Positions 18,479-26,032 of a DNA stretch of 64,000 bases are shown piece by piece. The first letter of the stretch is position 1; each line of letters starts with the position of its first letter. The notes under the pieces are model-generated. The model saw only the letters and a list, made by a program, of their open reading frames with translations, did not search any database and had not been told where the DNA came from. The translations under genes were made by a program, and so were the position numbers. Source of the stretch: Vicinamibacterales bacterium. GTDB taxonomy: Bacteria > Acidobacteriota > Vicinamibacteria > Vicinamibacterales > UBA8438. The stretch is taken from NCBI GenBank assembly GCA_965222265.1, contig CBDCTP010000003.1, positions 3,710,841 to 3,774,840 on the forward strand. The letters are read 5' to 3'.

Positions 18479-18826
18479 ATGGGCGCGGCCGTCGCCGTCT
18501 GGCTCCTGGTGTCCTGGGGCTGCGGGGTCGCCGGCCCGGACGGAGACGCCGCGCGCCCGGCCGCGCCCGACAATGGGCTCCCGCTCGTCAACGAAAACTG
18601 GCGCATCGCCGAGATGGCGACCGCCCACGGCGCCTTCACCGTCGAGGTTGAGGTGGCGGACGGGGTGGACACGGCCGCCCTCGCGCGCGAGCTGATCCGG
18701 CCGCTGCAGGACCGGTACACGGAAGTGCTGGTCTATTTTTACGCGCGGGATTCCGCCGGCGATCTGCCGCAGCTGCGGGTGCAGTGGACGGCCGAGCACG
18801 GCTACATCGAGACCCGCTACAGGTAG
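18479..18826 (+). CDS. Small putative lipoprotein, hypothetical
   Basis: Within track ORF 18296..18826. I start at ATG 18479 (MGAAVAVWLLVSWGCGV..., a lipobox-like SWGC). The downstream composition is normal (LVNENWRIAEMATAHGAFTVEVEVADG...). Confidence 0.55.
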   Translation: MGAAVAVWLLVSWGCGVAGPDGDAARPAAPDNGLPLVNENWRIAEMATAHGAFTVEVEVADGVDTAALARELIRPLQDRYTEVLVYFYARDSAGDLPQLRVQWTAEHGYIETRYR

Positions 18827-18834
18827 CAGGAGAC

Positions 18835-18961
18835 CAGGAGTCTGCGCCGCAGACTCCGCAAGGCGCGCACAGCGCGCCTCGGCGGGAGCGGCGCGGGGCG
18901 CAGGGGTCCCCGCAAGCGGACGCCGGGGGTTCGGAGCACAGCCCCGTCTGATTGAGGCTAG
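18835..18961 (+). repeat. GC-rich multi-hairpin intergenic repeat, copy A (full length, short hairpin-1 loop)
   Basis: CAGGAGTCTGCGCCGCAGACTCCGCAAGGCGCGCACAGCGCGCCTCGGCGGGAGCGGCGCGGGGCGCAGGGGTCCCCGCAAGCGGACGCCGGGGGTTCGGAGCACAGCCCCGTCTGATTGAGGCTAG. It fills the gap between the convergent stops at 18824-18826 (+) and 18958-18960 (-). Confidence 0.9.
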
Positions 18962-20298
18962 CCGAACAGGGCGTTGACGATGAACGTGGCGGCCAGGATG
19001 CCGGCAACGTCCGCCAGCAGGCAGGCGGGCACCGCGTGGCGGGTGTCCTTGACGCCGACGGCGCCGAAGTAGACGGCCAGCACGTAGAACGTGGTCTCGG
19101 TGCTGCCCTGGTAGGTGCTGACCAGGTAGCCGATCAGCGAATCGGGACCGTACTCCGTCATCGCCTCCGAGGCCACCCCCATGGCGCCCGAGCCGGACAG
19201 CGGGCGCAGCAGGGCCATTGGCAGGGCCTCGGCCGGGATGCCGACCAGGCCGGTCAGCGGCGCCGCGAGCCCGATCAGCACGTCCAGCGCCCCGGACGCC
19301 CTGAACATCCCGACCAGCACGAGAATGGCGACCAGATACGGAATGATGCGGATGGCGACCTGAAACCCGTCCCGGGCGCCCTCGACGAGCGACTCGTACA
19401 CGCGCACGCCGCGGACCCAGCCGTAGAGCACGAGCGCGGCGACGACCGCCGGCAGAAGCCACGACGAGGCCATGTCGCGCAGCACGTCGCCGGCCGGGAC
19501 GGCCGGGTCGCGGTTGAAGAGGACGCTCGCGGCCGCGATCAGGAAGGTCGCCCAGAACCCCCAGCCCAGCGCCCGGCGCCCTGCGGCGGGACGGGCGGCG
19601 CTGACGGTTGCCGCCGCCGGGTCGGCCGCCGGCGTCTCGCGCCCGGGTGCGGCCGCGTCGGGGGCCGGCGCCGCGAGCGGTGGCGGGGCCGAGGCACGAT
19701 AACGGGGCAGGCGGGCCAGAAGCAGCGCGGCCGTCACCCCGACGACGGTGGCCGCCGCGGTGGCGAACCACGTGGGCAGCAGGATGCCGGCCGCGTCGCC
19801 CGAGCCGAGCGCCGCACGGATGCCGATCATCCCGGTCGGGAGCAGGGCCAGCCCCGAGGTATTGATGGCCAGGAAGAGCACCATGTGATTCGTGGCCACC
19901 CCGTGCCGGCTGTTGTGCTTGTCGAGCTCCTCGATCGCCTTGATGCCGAAGGGCGTGGCCGCATTCGCCAAACCCATCATGTTGGCCGCGATGTTCAGGA
20001 GCATGGCGCTCATGGCCGGGCTGTCCGGAGGCAGTCCCGGGAAGAGCAGGCGCATGACCGGGCTGACGAGCCGCGCCAGGCGCGCCATCAGCCCGGCGTC
20101 GGACGCGACGCGCATGAGGCCGAGGAAGAAGGCCATGACCCCCACGAGGCCGATCGCAAGGTCGACGGCGCCGCGCGCCGACGAGACGACCGCATCGGTC
20201 AGGGCCCGCATCTCCCCGCTGAGCGCCGCGGCGAGAATCGAGGCGAGGGCGACGACGACGAAGATGCCGTTCAGCATGCGCGTCTGCTGCGGCTCCAT
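18958..20298 (-). CDS. Nucleoside-recognition-domain membrane protein (SpmA/SpmB-like fusion)
   Basis: Track ORF 18958..20352. The likely start is MEPQQTRMLNGIF (20298) or MLNGIF (20277). Motifs LLNIAANMMGLANAATPFGIKAIEEL and ...GSGAMGVASE...STETTFYVLAVYFG are typical of Gate/nucleoside-recognition proteins. Confidence 0.8.
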   Translation of the reverse strand: MEPQQTRMLNGIFVVVALASILAAALSGEMRALTDAVVSSARGAVDLAIGLVGVMAFFLGLMRVASDAGLMARLARLVSPVMRLLFPGLPPDSPAMSAMLLNIAANMMGLANAATPFGIKAIEELDKHNSRHGVATNHMVLFLAINTSGLALLPTGMIGIRAALGSGDAAGILLPTWFATAAATVVGVTAALLLARLPRYRASAPPPLAAPAPDAAAPGRETPAADPAAATVSAARPAAGRRALGWGFWATFLIAAASVLFNRDPAVPAGDVLRDMASSWLLPAVVAALVLYGWVRGVRVYESLVEGARDGFQVAIRIIPYLVAILVLVGMFRASGALDVLIGLAAPLTGLVGIPAEALPMALLRPLSGSGAMGVASEAMTEYGPDSLIGYLVSTYQGSTETTFYVLAVYFGAVGVKDTRHAVPACLLADVAGILAATFIVNALFG

Positions 20299-20437
20299 GG
20301 TAGCAGGACGCCGTCCGGGCCGGCGTCCGCCGCCGCAGAGGCCGTTGCGCACGACGGGCGGCGGCGGAGGATGTGCGGGGCGCCGTGGCGAACCGCGCTA
20401 TGCTGTAGCGGAACGCTCTCATTGTCAGGAGATACCG

Positions 20438-21703
20438 ATGCTGAACGGAGCTGTATCTGGTGGTTCGTTCGCCGCCGCCGCGGTGTCCGCCGCCCTCGTG
20501 GCGGCCTTGAACGTACCGGCCGCGGCGCAGGAGACCCAACAGCGGCAGGGCTGTCGCGGTTGCGAATCGTCGGCCGCGCTGTCCGCCGAGCCGCAGGTCT
20601 TCCACACGCAGGAGCAGAGCTTCCGGGTGGTGCCGATGAAGGGCCTGGTGCGCCCCTGGGCGCTGGCCTTCCTGCCGAACGGCGACCTGCTGATCACCGA
20701 GCACGACGGCCGGCTCCGCATCGTGCGCGACGGCGTGCTCGATCCCGAGCCGCTAGCCGGCCTGCCAGAGGTGTTCACACCCCGCCGCAAGGGGCTGATG
20801 GACGTCGCGCTGCATCCCCGCTTCCTGGAGAACCAGTTCGTCTACTTCACCTACCACAAGGCGAGCCCCAAGCACCGGCTGGCCGCCACGACGGTGCTCG
20901 CCCGCGGCAAGTTCGAGGGGCGGGGCGCACTGGTGGAGGTGCGGGACCTCTTCGTGGCGGACGCCGACTACATGGGCGCGGCGCAGACCTCGCGCATCGT
21001 CTTCGGACCCGACGGCAAGCTGTACATGGTGATCGGCCAGCCGGCGCGTTACGAGGTGGGCTCGGCCGACTACGCGCAGGACCCGTCCAACCACGCCGGC
21101 AAGATGCTGCGCCTCAACGACGATGGCAGCGTTCCCGACGACAATCCGTTCGTCGACGCGCCGGGGCATCGCCCCGAGATCTACGCCCTCGGCATCCGCA
21201 ACGCGAACGGGCTGGCCTGGCACCCGGACACCGGCGAGCTGTGGGAGACCGAGAACGGGCCGCAGGGCGGCGACGAGGTCAACATCATCCGCGCCGGCGC
21301 CAACTACGGCTGGCCGGTCGTCTCGTACGGACGGGCGTACTCGGGCGACCTGACCGGGACGCATTCCGGGCCGCAGCAGACCGCCCGGCAGGCGGAGGGG
21401 ATCGAGGACCCGGTCTTCTTCTGGAGCCCGTCGATCTCGCCCGCCGGGCTGATGTTCTATACCGGCGACCGCTTCCCGAACTGGCAGGGCGACCTGTTCG
21501 TCGGCGGGCTGCGGGGCGCGGAGCTCCAGCGCCTGATCTTCAACGATCGCGGCCTGCTGGTACGCCAGCAGTCGCTGCTTCGCGAGCTCAGGCAGCGCAT
21601 CCGGGAGGTCAAGCAGGGGCCGGACGGCCTGATCTACCTGCTGACCGACGAGCAGGACGGCGCACTGCTGCGGCTCGAGCCCGTCGACCCGGAGAAAGGC
21701 TAG
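20438..21703 (+). CDS. PQQ-dependent sugar dehydrogenase (soluble glucose/sorbosone dehydrogenase family), paralogue 1
   Basis: Start at ATG 20438 (MLNGAVSGG..., with a CAGGAG Shine-Dalgarno). Signal peptide, then LAFLPNGDLLITEHDGRLRIV, GIRNANGLAWHPDTGELWETENGPQGGDEVNII and GANYGWP. Confidence 0.88.
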   Translation: MLNGAVSGGSFAAAAVSAALVAALNVPAAAQETQQRQGCRGCESSAALSAEPQVFHTQEQSFRVVPMKGLVRPWALAFLPNGDLLITEHDGRLRIVRDGVLDPEPLAGLPEVFTPRRKGLMDVALHPRFLENQFVYFTYHKASPKHRLAATTVLARGKFEGRGALVEVRDLFVADADYMGAAQTSRIVFGPDGKLYMVIGQPARYEVGSADYAQDPSNHAGKMLRLNDDGSVPDDNPFVDAPGHRPEIYALGIRNANGLAWHPDTGELWETENGPQGGDEVNIIRAGANYGWPVVSYGRAYSGDLTGTHSGPQQTARQAEGIEDPVFFWSPSISPAGLMFYTGDRFPNWQGDLFVGGLRGAELQRLIFNDRGLLVRQQSLLRELRQRIREVKQGPDGLIYLLTDEQDGALLRLEPVDPEKG

Positions 21704-21707
21704 CTGC

Positions 21708-21846
21708 TGGGAGTCTGCGCCCTAGTCAAGGGTGCAGACTCCGCAAGGCGCGCACAGCGCGCCTCGGCGGGAGCGGCGCGGGGCGAAGGGTCCCCGCAAG
21801 CGGACGCCGGGGGGTTCAGGGCGCAGCCCCGTCTGATTGCAGCTAG
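21708..21846 (+). repeat. GC-rich multi-hairpin intergenic repeat, copy B
   Basis: Same sequence family as copy A, with hairpin-1 loop GCCCTAGTCAAGGGT. It is bounded by TAG 21701-21703 (stop of the + gene) and CTAG 21843-21846 (stop of the - gene). Confidence 0.9.
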
Positions 21847-24071
21847 CGGGACGCAGCCGTGGCCGCGTTGCCCAGCGCGTCGGCGGCCCGGATGGCGAGC
21901 CGGTCGATCTGATCGCGGTCGACGGACAGCTGGAAGCGCTCGACCCTGGAATCGGCGATCCCGTCGAGCGGATACAGCACCTCCCAGCGTGCGGTGTCGA
22001 GCGAATACTCGACGCGGCGCACCGGAGACTGCCCGTCGGTGACGACGAACGAGACCGCGAACCCGCCCGCGTCCGGGCGCGGGGCATCGATGTCGATGCG
22101 GGGCGGCGAGTTGTCCACGTCGAACGGCTTGCTCTCGGCGAGGCCCTCGAGGCCTGTCCCTGGCGCGTTGGTGTCGGCGTCGGAGGCGACGAGGCGGACG
22201 AGGTAGGTCCCGTCGGGAGCGGACGTCGTATCCCACGTGTAGATGGAGCTCCCGATCCCGGTCCGCAGCGCGCGCCACGACGTGTCCGTCTCGGTGCGCA
22301 CCAGCAGATCGAAACGCAGCGTGTCGTTGTTCGGGTCGCGCGCCGTCCAGACGAACGTGCGGAGCCCTCGCCGGTAGACGCGGCGTCCCAGCGCCGTCTG
22401 CTGGGTGTCACTCTGCGCTCCGCCGGCGCCGTTCCCGGAACCCGCTTCCAGACGGTCGTCGAGACCCGCGATGGGCGGATCTCCGCTCGCGAACGGCCGC
22501 TGGAAGGCCACGCCCGGGTCGTGCACGGTCAGCGTCGTGATCTCGGGCCGCAGGTTCTGCGGCAGGTACGCGGCCGTGACCGAGAGCAGCGTCGGGGTGT
22601 CGGCGCCGCCGCGCAGCTCGGCCTTCCATTGCAGATAGCGTGCCCTGGGGCTGGTGATGGGGGAGCCGTCCGCGTCGCTGTAGGCCACTGACCAGGGGCT
22701 CCACGCGTCGTTGGGCGTGGACGTGTTGCCCGACCGGGTGAAGAGCTGCACCGAGCTGTCGCCGGGGATCAGCGCTTGCCAGCGCAACGTGCCCCACCTG
22801 GCGACCGTCCGGGCATCGCGCACGTCCGACAGGTACGCGCCCTGGCCGGCCTGACCGGGCAGCAGTCGATAGACCTTGCCGGGGTTGGCCGTGGCGTAGT
22901 AGCGGGCGCCGCCGGCGCCGGCCGCAAAGCTGGTGACCTGCCGCGCGGGCGCCCGTGCGAGCAGCCGGACCCGCGGCGGATCCTCGGCGACGTGGTAGAT
23001 GCGGCCGCTGGGGCCGGTGCCGATCAGCAGGTCGCCGCGCGCGTCGATCGAGACATCGTACGGCGTCTCCCGCGAGGATTCCCACACCGTGTCCCACACG
23101 CCGTCGGCGCGAATCCGGTAGACGGCGCCCCGCACCGGCGATGTCGGCCCGGCCGTCTGCGCCGGGCGGGCGGTTGTCGCCGAGGTTTGCCCGGCATCGC
23201 CCACGACGACGGCGGTGACCGAGGTGGACGTCGTCACGCGCGGGACGCCGGGCGAGCGTGTGGGCGGCGCTGGCCGGGACGCGGCGCCGCGCGGCGCCGA
23301 CTCGCCGACGGCGACCGCGTAGAGCGTGCCGTCGCCCGCGACGCGGAGCGCCCGAATCTCCGCGTACGGCGAGTCGAGGACGACGAAGCCGCGCCCGTCG
23401 GCGCCGATTCGCAGCACCTGTCCCGGCGTGCCGGTGCCCGCCAGCAGGTTGCCCTCGGCGTCGCGGGCCAGGGCGAGGACGTGCGACGCGTCCGCCTCGT
23501 AGAACACGCTCGCCTCGCCGTCGGGGGACAAGTGGTAGATGCGGCCCGCGTCACCGGTGGCCACGAGGCGGTTGCCCGCCGCGTCGGCCGCGATCGCCCA
23601 GATATAGCGGTCGTCGGGGTCGAAGACCTGCTCGGAGCGGCCGCTGCCGACCCGGAACAGCGCGCCGTCGGGAGAGGTGCCGACCAGGGCTTCGCCCGCA
23701 CCATAGGGGTGGACGGCATGGACGTTCTGCTCCGCGGTCTCGAAGACCGTCGAGGCGGTGCCGTCCGGCCCCAGGCGAAACACCCTGCCGTCGCCGCCGC
23801 TGCCGATCCACAGCGCGCCGCCCGCCGGCGCGAGCGACCACAGGAACGGGGCGGTCGCTTCGTAGAGCAGCTCCGCGTCGCGGGCCAGCGTCAGCCGGCC
23901 GTCCGCGTCGATCGACACCCTGTCGGCCTCGCCGGCGAGGAACTCCGCCTGCGTCGAGATCCGCCAGAAAACGGGCGCGGATGCGTGGAGCACGACGACC
24001 GGCAGGCAGGCTGCGGCCGCAATTGCGGCGCGGCGGAGGCCCGTTCGCCAGCGCGAGCGCGGGCTCGTCAT
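21843..24071 (-). CDS. Large secreted beta-propeller plus Ig-like/beta-sandwich repeat protein, hypothetical
   Basis: Track ORF 21843..25277. The real start is ATG 24071 (MTSPRSRWRTGLRRAAIAAAACLPVVVLHA), overlapping the upstream gene stop as ATGA. Repeated blades follow (GGDGRVFRLGPDG, SPDGALFRVGSG, GDAGRIYHLSPDG, GTPGQVLRIGADG, GPSGRIYHVAED, ANPGKVYRLLPG). C-terminal beta-sandwich-like modules follow (ARYLQWKAELRG..., FDVDNSPPRIDI...). Confidence 0.8.
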   Translation of the reverse strand: MTSPRSRWRTGLRRAAIAAAACLPVVVLHASAPVFWRISTQAEFLAGEADRVSIDADGRLTLARDAELLYEATAPFLWSLAPAGGALWIGSGGDGRVFRLGPDGTASTVFETAEQNVHAVHPYGAGEALVGTSPDGALFRVGSGRSEQVFDPDDRYIWAIAADAAGNRLVATGDAGRIYHLSPDGEASVFYEADASHVLALARDAEGNLLAGTGTPGQVLRIGADGRGFVVLDSPYAEIRALRVAGDGTLYAVAVGESAPRGAASRPAPPTRSPGVPRVTTSTSVTAVVVGDAGQTSATTARPAQTAGPTSPVRGAVYRIRADGVWDTVWESSRETPYDVSIDARGDLLIGTGPSGRIYHVAEDPPRVRLLARAPARQVTSFAAGAGGARYYATANPGKVYRLLPGQAGQGAYLSDVRDARTVARWGTLRWQALIPGDSSVQLFTRSGNTSTPNDAWSPWSVAYSDADGSPITSPRARYLQWKAELRGGADTPTLLSVTAAYLPQNLRPEITTLTVHDPGVAFQRPFASGDPPIAGLDDRLEAGSGNGAGGAQSDTQQTALGRRVYRRGLRTFVWTARDPNNDTLRFDLLVRTETDTSWRALRTGIGSSIYTWDTTSAPDGTYLVRLVASDADTNAPGTGLEGLAESKPFDVDNSPPRIDIDAPRPDAGGFAVSFVVTDGQSPVRRVEYSLDTARWEVLYPLDGIADSRVERFQLSVDRDQIDRLAIRAADALGNAATAASR

Positions 24072-25900
24072 CCTGCCTCGATGTCCACCGTGAGCATGCG
24101 GGAGCCGGACACCGCGTGGTCGGTGCGGATCTCCCACTCGCCGAGCGTGGCCTGGGAGAGCCGCCGGAGTCCGCTGCCGCTCCGGTCGCCCTCGAGCACC
24201 GCCAGCACCGACGGCGGCAGTGCCGGCATCGGCGCACCCCGAACGACCGCGCCCGGCTGGGAGCTGAGCAGCTTGACGTAGAGGCGGTTGTTGCGCCGGG
24301 TCGCGTTGAGGGTGCGGATGATCTGCTCGACCGTGCCGGGTGCCTGCGTCGATCGCGACCCGCGGAGCTCGCGCGCATTCAGCTGCGGCGCATCCGACAC
24401 GAGCAGCTGCAGCCGCCCGGCCGCGTGGCGCGGGATGTCGACCGTGACCGTCTCGACCAGCTCGGCGCCGCCGTAGCCGCGCGCGAGCACATGGACCCGC
24501 ACGGCATCGCCGGGGCGGATGCGCGGCGTGTCGAGCCAGACGCGCTCGATAATCGCCGTGCGCGGCTTCTCCGCCGACGTGATCTCGATGTCGATCCCAT
24601 CCAGCTCGAGGGGTGCGATGCGGTTGTTCAACAGCGTGGTCAAGGGATTGGCAATCGCCCCGGCCGCGCCGAACAGGGCGGTGTCGCCGCTGTAGATGTC
24701 CTCGAACGCGACGTCGGCGTGGCCGCGGACGCGCGTCGTGCTGCTGAGGGCATAGGTCGACGCCCCGCGCTCGCGGGTCCAGGACAGGAACGTGCTCAGT
24801 ACGCCGGTGTAGGTCAGCAGCGGAGTGAACAGCCGGTCCTCGACGACCTCGAACGCGAACTCGCGTGTCAGTTGACGCTCCGGCTCGTGCAGCTTGACGC
24901 TGACGGGGACGAGAGCCGGCCCCGGTCCGAGCGCGCCGAAGATGCCGGTCGAGCGGTCCTGATCCAGCGTCCCGACGACCTCCCCGATCGCCGCGATCTT
25001 CGACGACAGGGCCAGGCTCGGCAGCAGCGTCGTCACGGAGGCCCGGGTCATCGGGAAGCGTATCGGCCCGAGGTTGTAGAACGGGTGGCCGAAGGCGTAG
25101 ACGCGGCCGTCGTCCACGAGCGTCACGGTGCCCGTGCCGGCCATCGTCAGGTCGCCCCGCACGAGCGTCGCCCCGATCGGATCGCCTGGCTGCAGGGGTG
25201 CGGCCGGCGCCGCGCGTGGGGTCTGGCCGGCGCCGACGGCGGCGACGAAACCGCCGCCGTGGAACGCGGCGGTCCACAGCTCCCGGACGCGCGGATCGAA
25301 TCCGTTGAGCACGACCGGCGTGGCGATGGGCCGCAGCAGGGTGCCCAGCCGCTGGCCGGCCGCCGGCGGCAGGCCGAGCGCGCGCACGTGATCGGGCTGC
25401 CGGGCGAACGGGCGCAGCCGGTCGAATGCCGCGCCGATCGCCGCCTGCAGGTCGGCGGGCGTCGCCGGAAACGCCGGCGGCAGCATCGCCGGCCGCACGA
25501 CCGCGGCCCGGTTGGCGTCCGCCGCCGCCATCTCGCCGATCGGGGTGATGCCGGCAATCGGCTCCTTCGGAAACGAGCCGAGCGCGTACGAGACGGCGCC
25601 GACCAGACGGTCGTCGATGTAGACCGGGCTGCCGCTCATGCCCTGGATGACGCCGGTCTCGGCCAGCGGTCCGCCGGACAACCTGGCCACGATGACGCTG
25701 CGGCGCGGGCCCATGACGTTGCGCAGGACGCCGAGGATCTCGACGCCGAACTCCTCACGGCGGGTCCCGTCGAACACGGTGAGGCCGACGCCGCGCATGC
25801 CCGGCCGCACCTCTTCCAGGAGCATGCGCGCCGTGGTCGCCGGGAGCGTCACGGTGCACAGGCCCGCCGCCAGGAAGAGGATGGGGGCGATGCGTCTCAT
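24068..25900 (-). CDS. Peptidase S55 (SpoIVB-like) family serine protease, secreted
   Basis: 610 aa with a signal peptide (APILFLAAGLCTVTLPA). Contains VIQGMSGSPVYIDDRLVGAVSYA (GxSGSP serine-protease motif) and ...VYAFGHPFYNLGPIRFPM..., typical of S55 domain proteins. Confidence 0.8.
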   Translation of the reverse strand: MRRIAPILFLAAGLCTVTLPATTARMLLEEVRPGMRGVGLTVFDGTRREEFGVEILGVLRNVMGPRRSVIVARLSGGPLAETGVIQGMSGSPVYIDDRLVGAVSYALGSFPKEPIAGITPIGEMAAADANRAAVVRPAMLPPAFPATPADLQAAIGAAFDRLRPFARQPDHVRALGLPPAAGQRLGTLLRPIATPVVLNGFDPRVRELWTAAFHGGGFVAAVGAGQTPRAAPAAPLQPGDPIGATLVRGDLTMAGTGTVTLVDDGRVYAFGHPFYNLGPIRFPMTRASVTTLLPSLALSSKIAAIGEVVGTLDQDRSTGIFGALGPGPALVPVSVKLHEPERQLTREFAFEVVEDRLFTPLLTYTGVLSTFLSWTRERGASTYALSSTTRVRGHADVAFEDIYSGDTALFGAAGAIANPLTTLLNNRIAPLELDGIDIEITSAEKPRTAIIERVWLDTPRIRPGDAVRVHVLARGYGGAELVETVTVDIPRHAAGRLQLLVSDAPQLNARELRGSRSTQAPGTVEQIIRTLNATRRNNRLYVKLLSSQPGAVVRGAPMPALPPSVLAVLEGDRSGSGLRRLSQATLGEWEIRTDHAVSGSRMLTVDIEAG

Positions 25901-26032
25901 GGAGCAGGCCGCAGCGTCGACTGCCTATAGCCGATGTGTATAGCGGACCGCAGGCGGCAGGTCAAGGATGTTCGGGCGCCGGGGGAACCGCGCTATGCTG
26001 TAGCGGAACCTTCTCATGGTCAGGAGATGCCG

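Noticed and set aside
15445-18720. 1091-aa minus-strand ORF, the longest in the track
   Set aside because: The translation is dominated by Arg/Pro/Gly/His/Gln runs with no recognisable domain. It is antisense to four well-supported plus-strand genes (two membrane proteins, a propeller, a peroxiredoxin). This is a typical high-GC shadow ORF.
3772-18826. A cytochrome c (CXXCH) or cupredoxin electron acceptor encoded next to either PQQ dehydrogenase
   Set aside because: I scanned the translations of the neighbouring genes (5570..6586, 15439..18826) and found no CXXCH motif, so no such partner can be annotated in this window.
18308-21846. Overlapping long ORFs 18308..20704 (-, 798 aa) and 18952..21846 (+, 964 aa)
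   Set aside because: Both have Arg/Gly/Pro-biased composition and run across several real genes and a repeat copy. The real genes are 18958..20298 (-) and 20438..21703 (+).
23258-25930. 890-aa plus-strand ORF
   Set aside because: It is a shadow of the minus-strand S55 peptidase and propeller genes, with a composition extremely rich in Arg/Pro/Gly.
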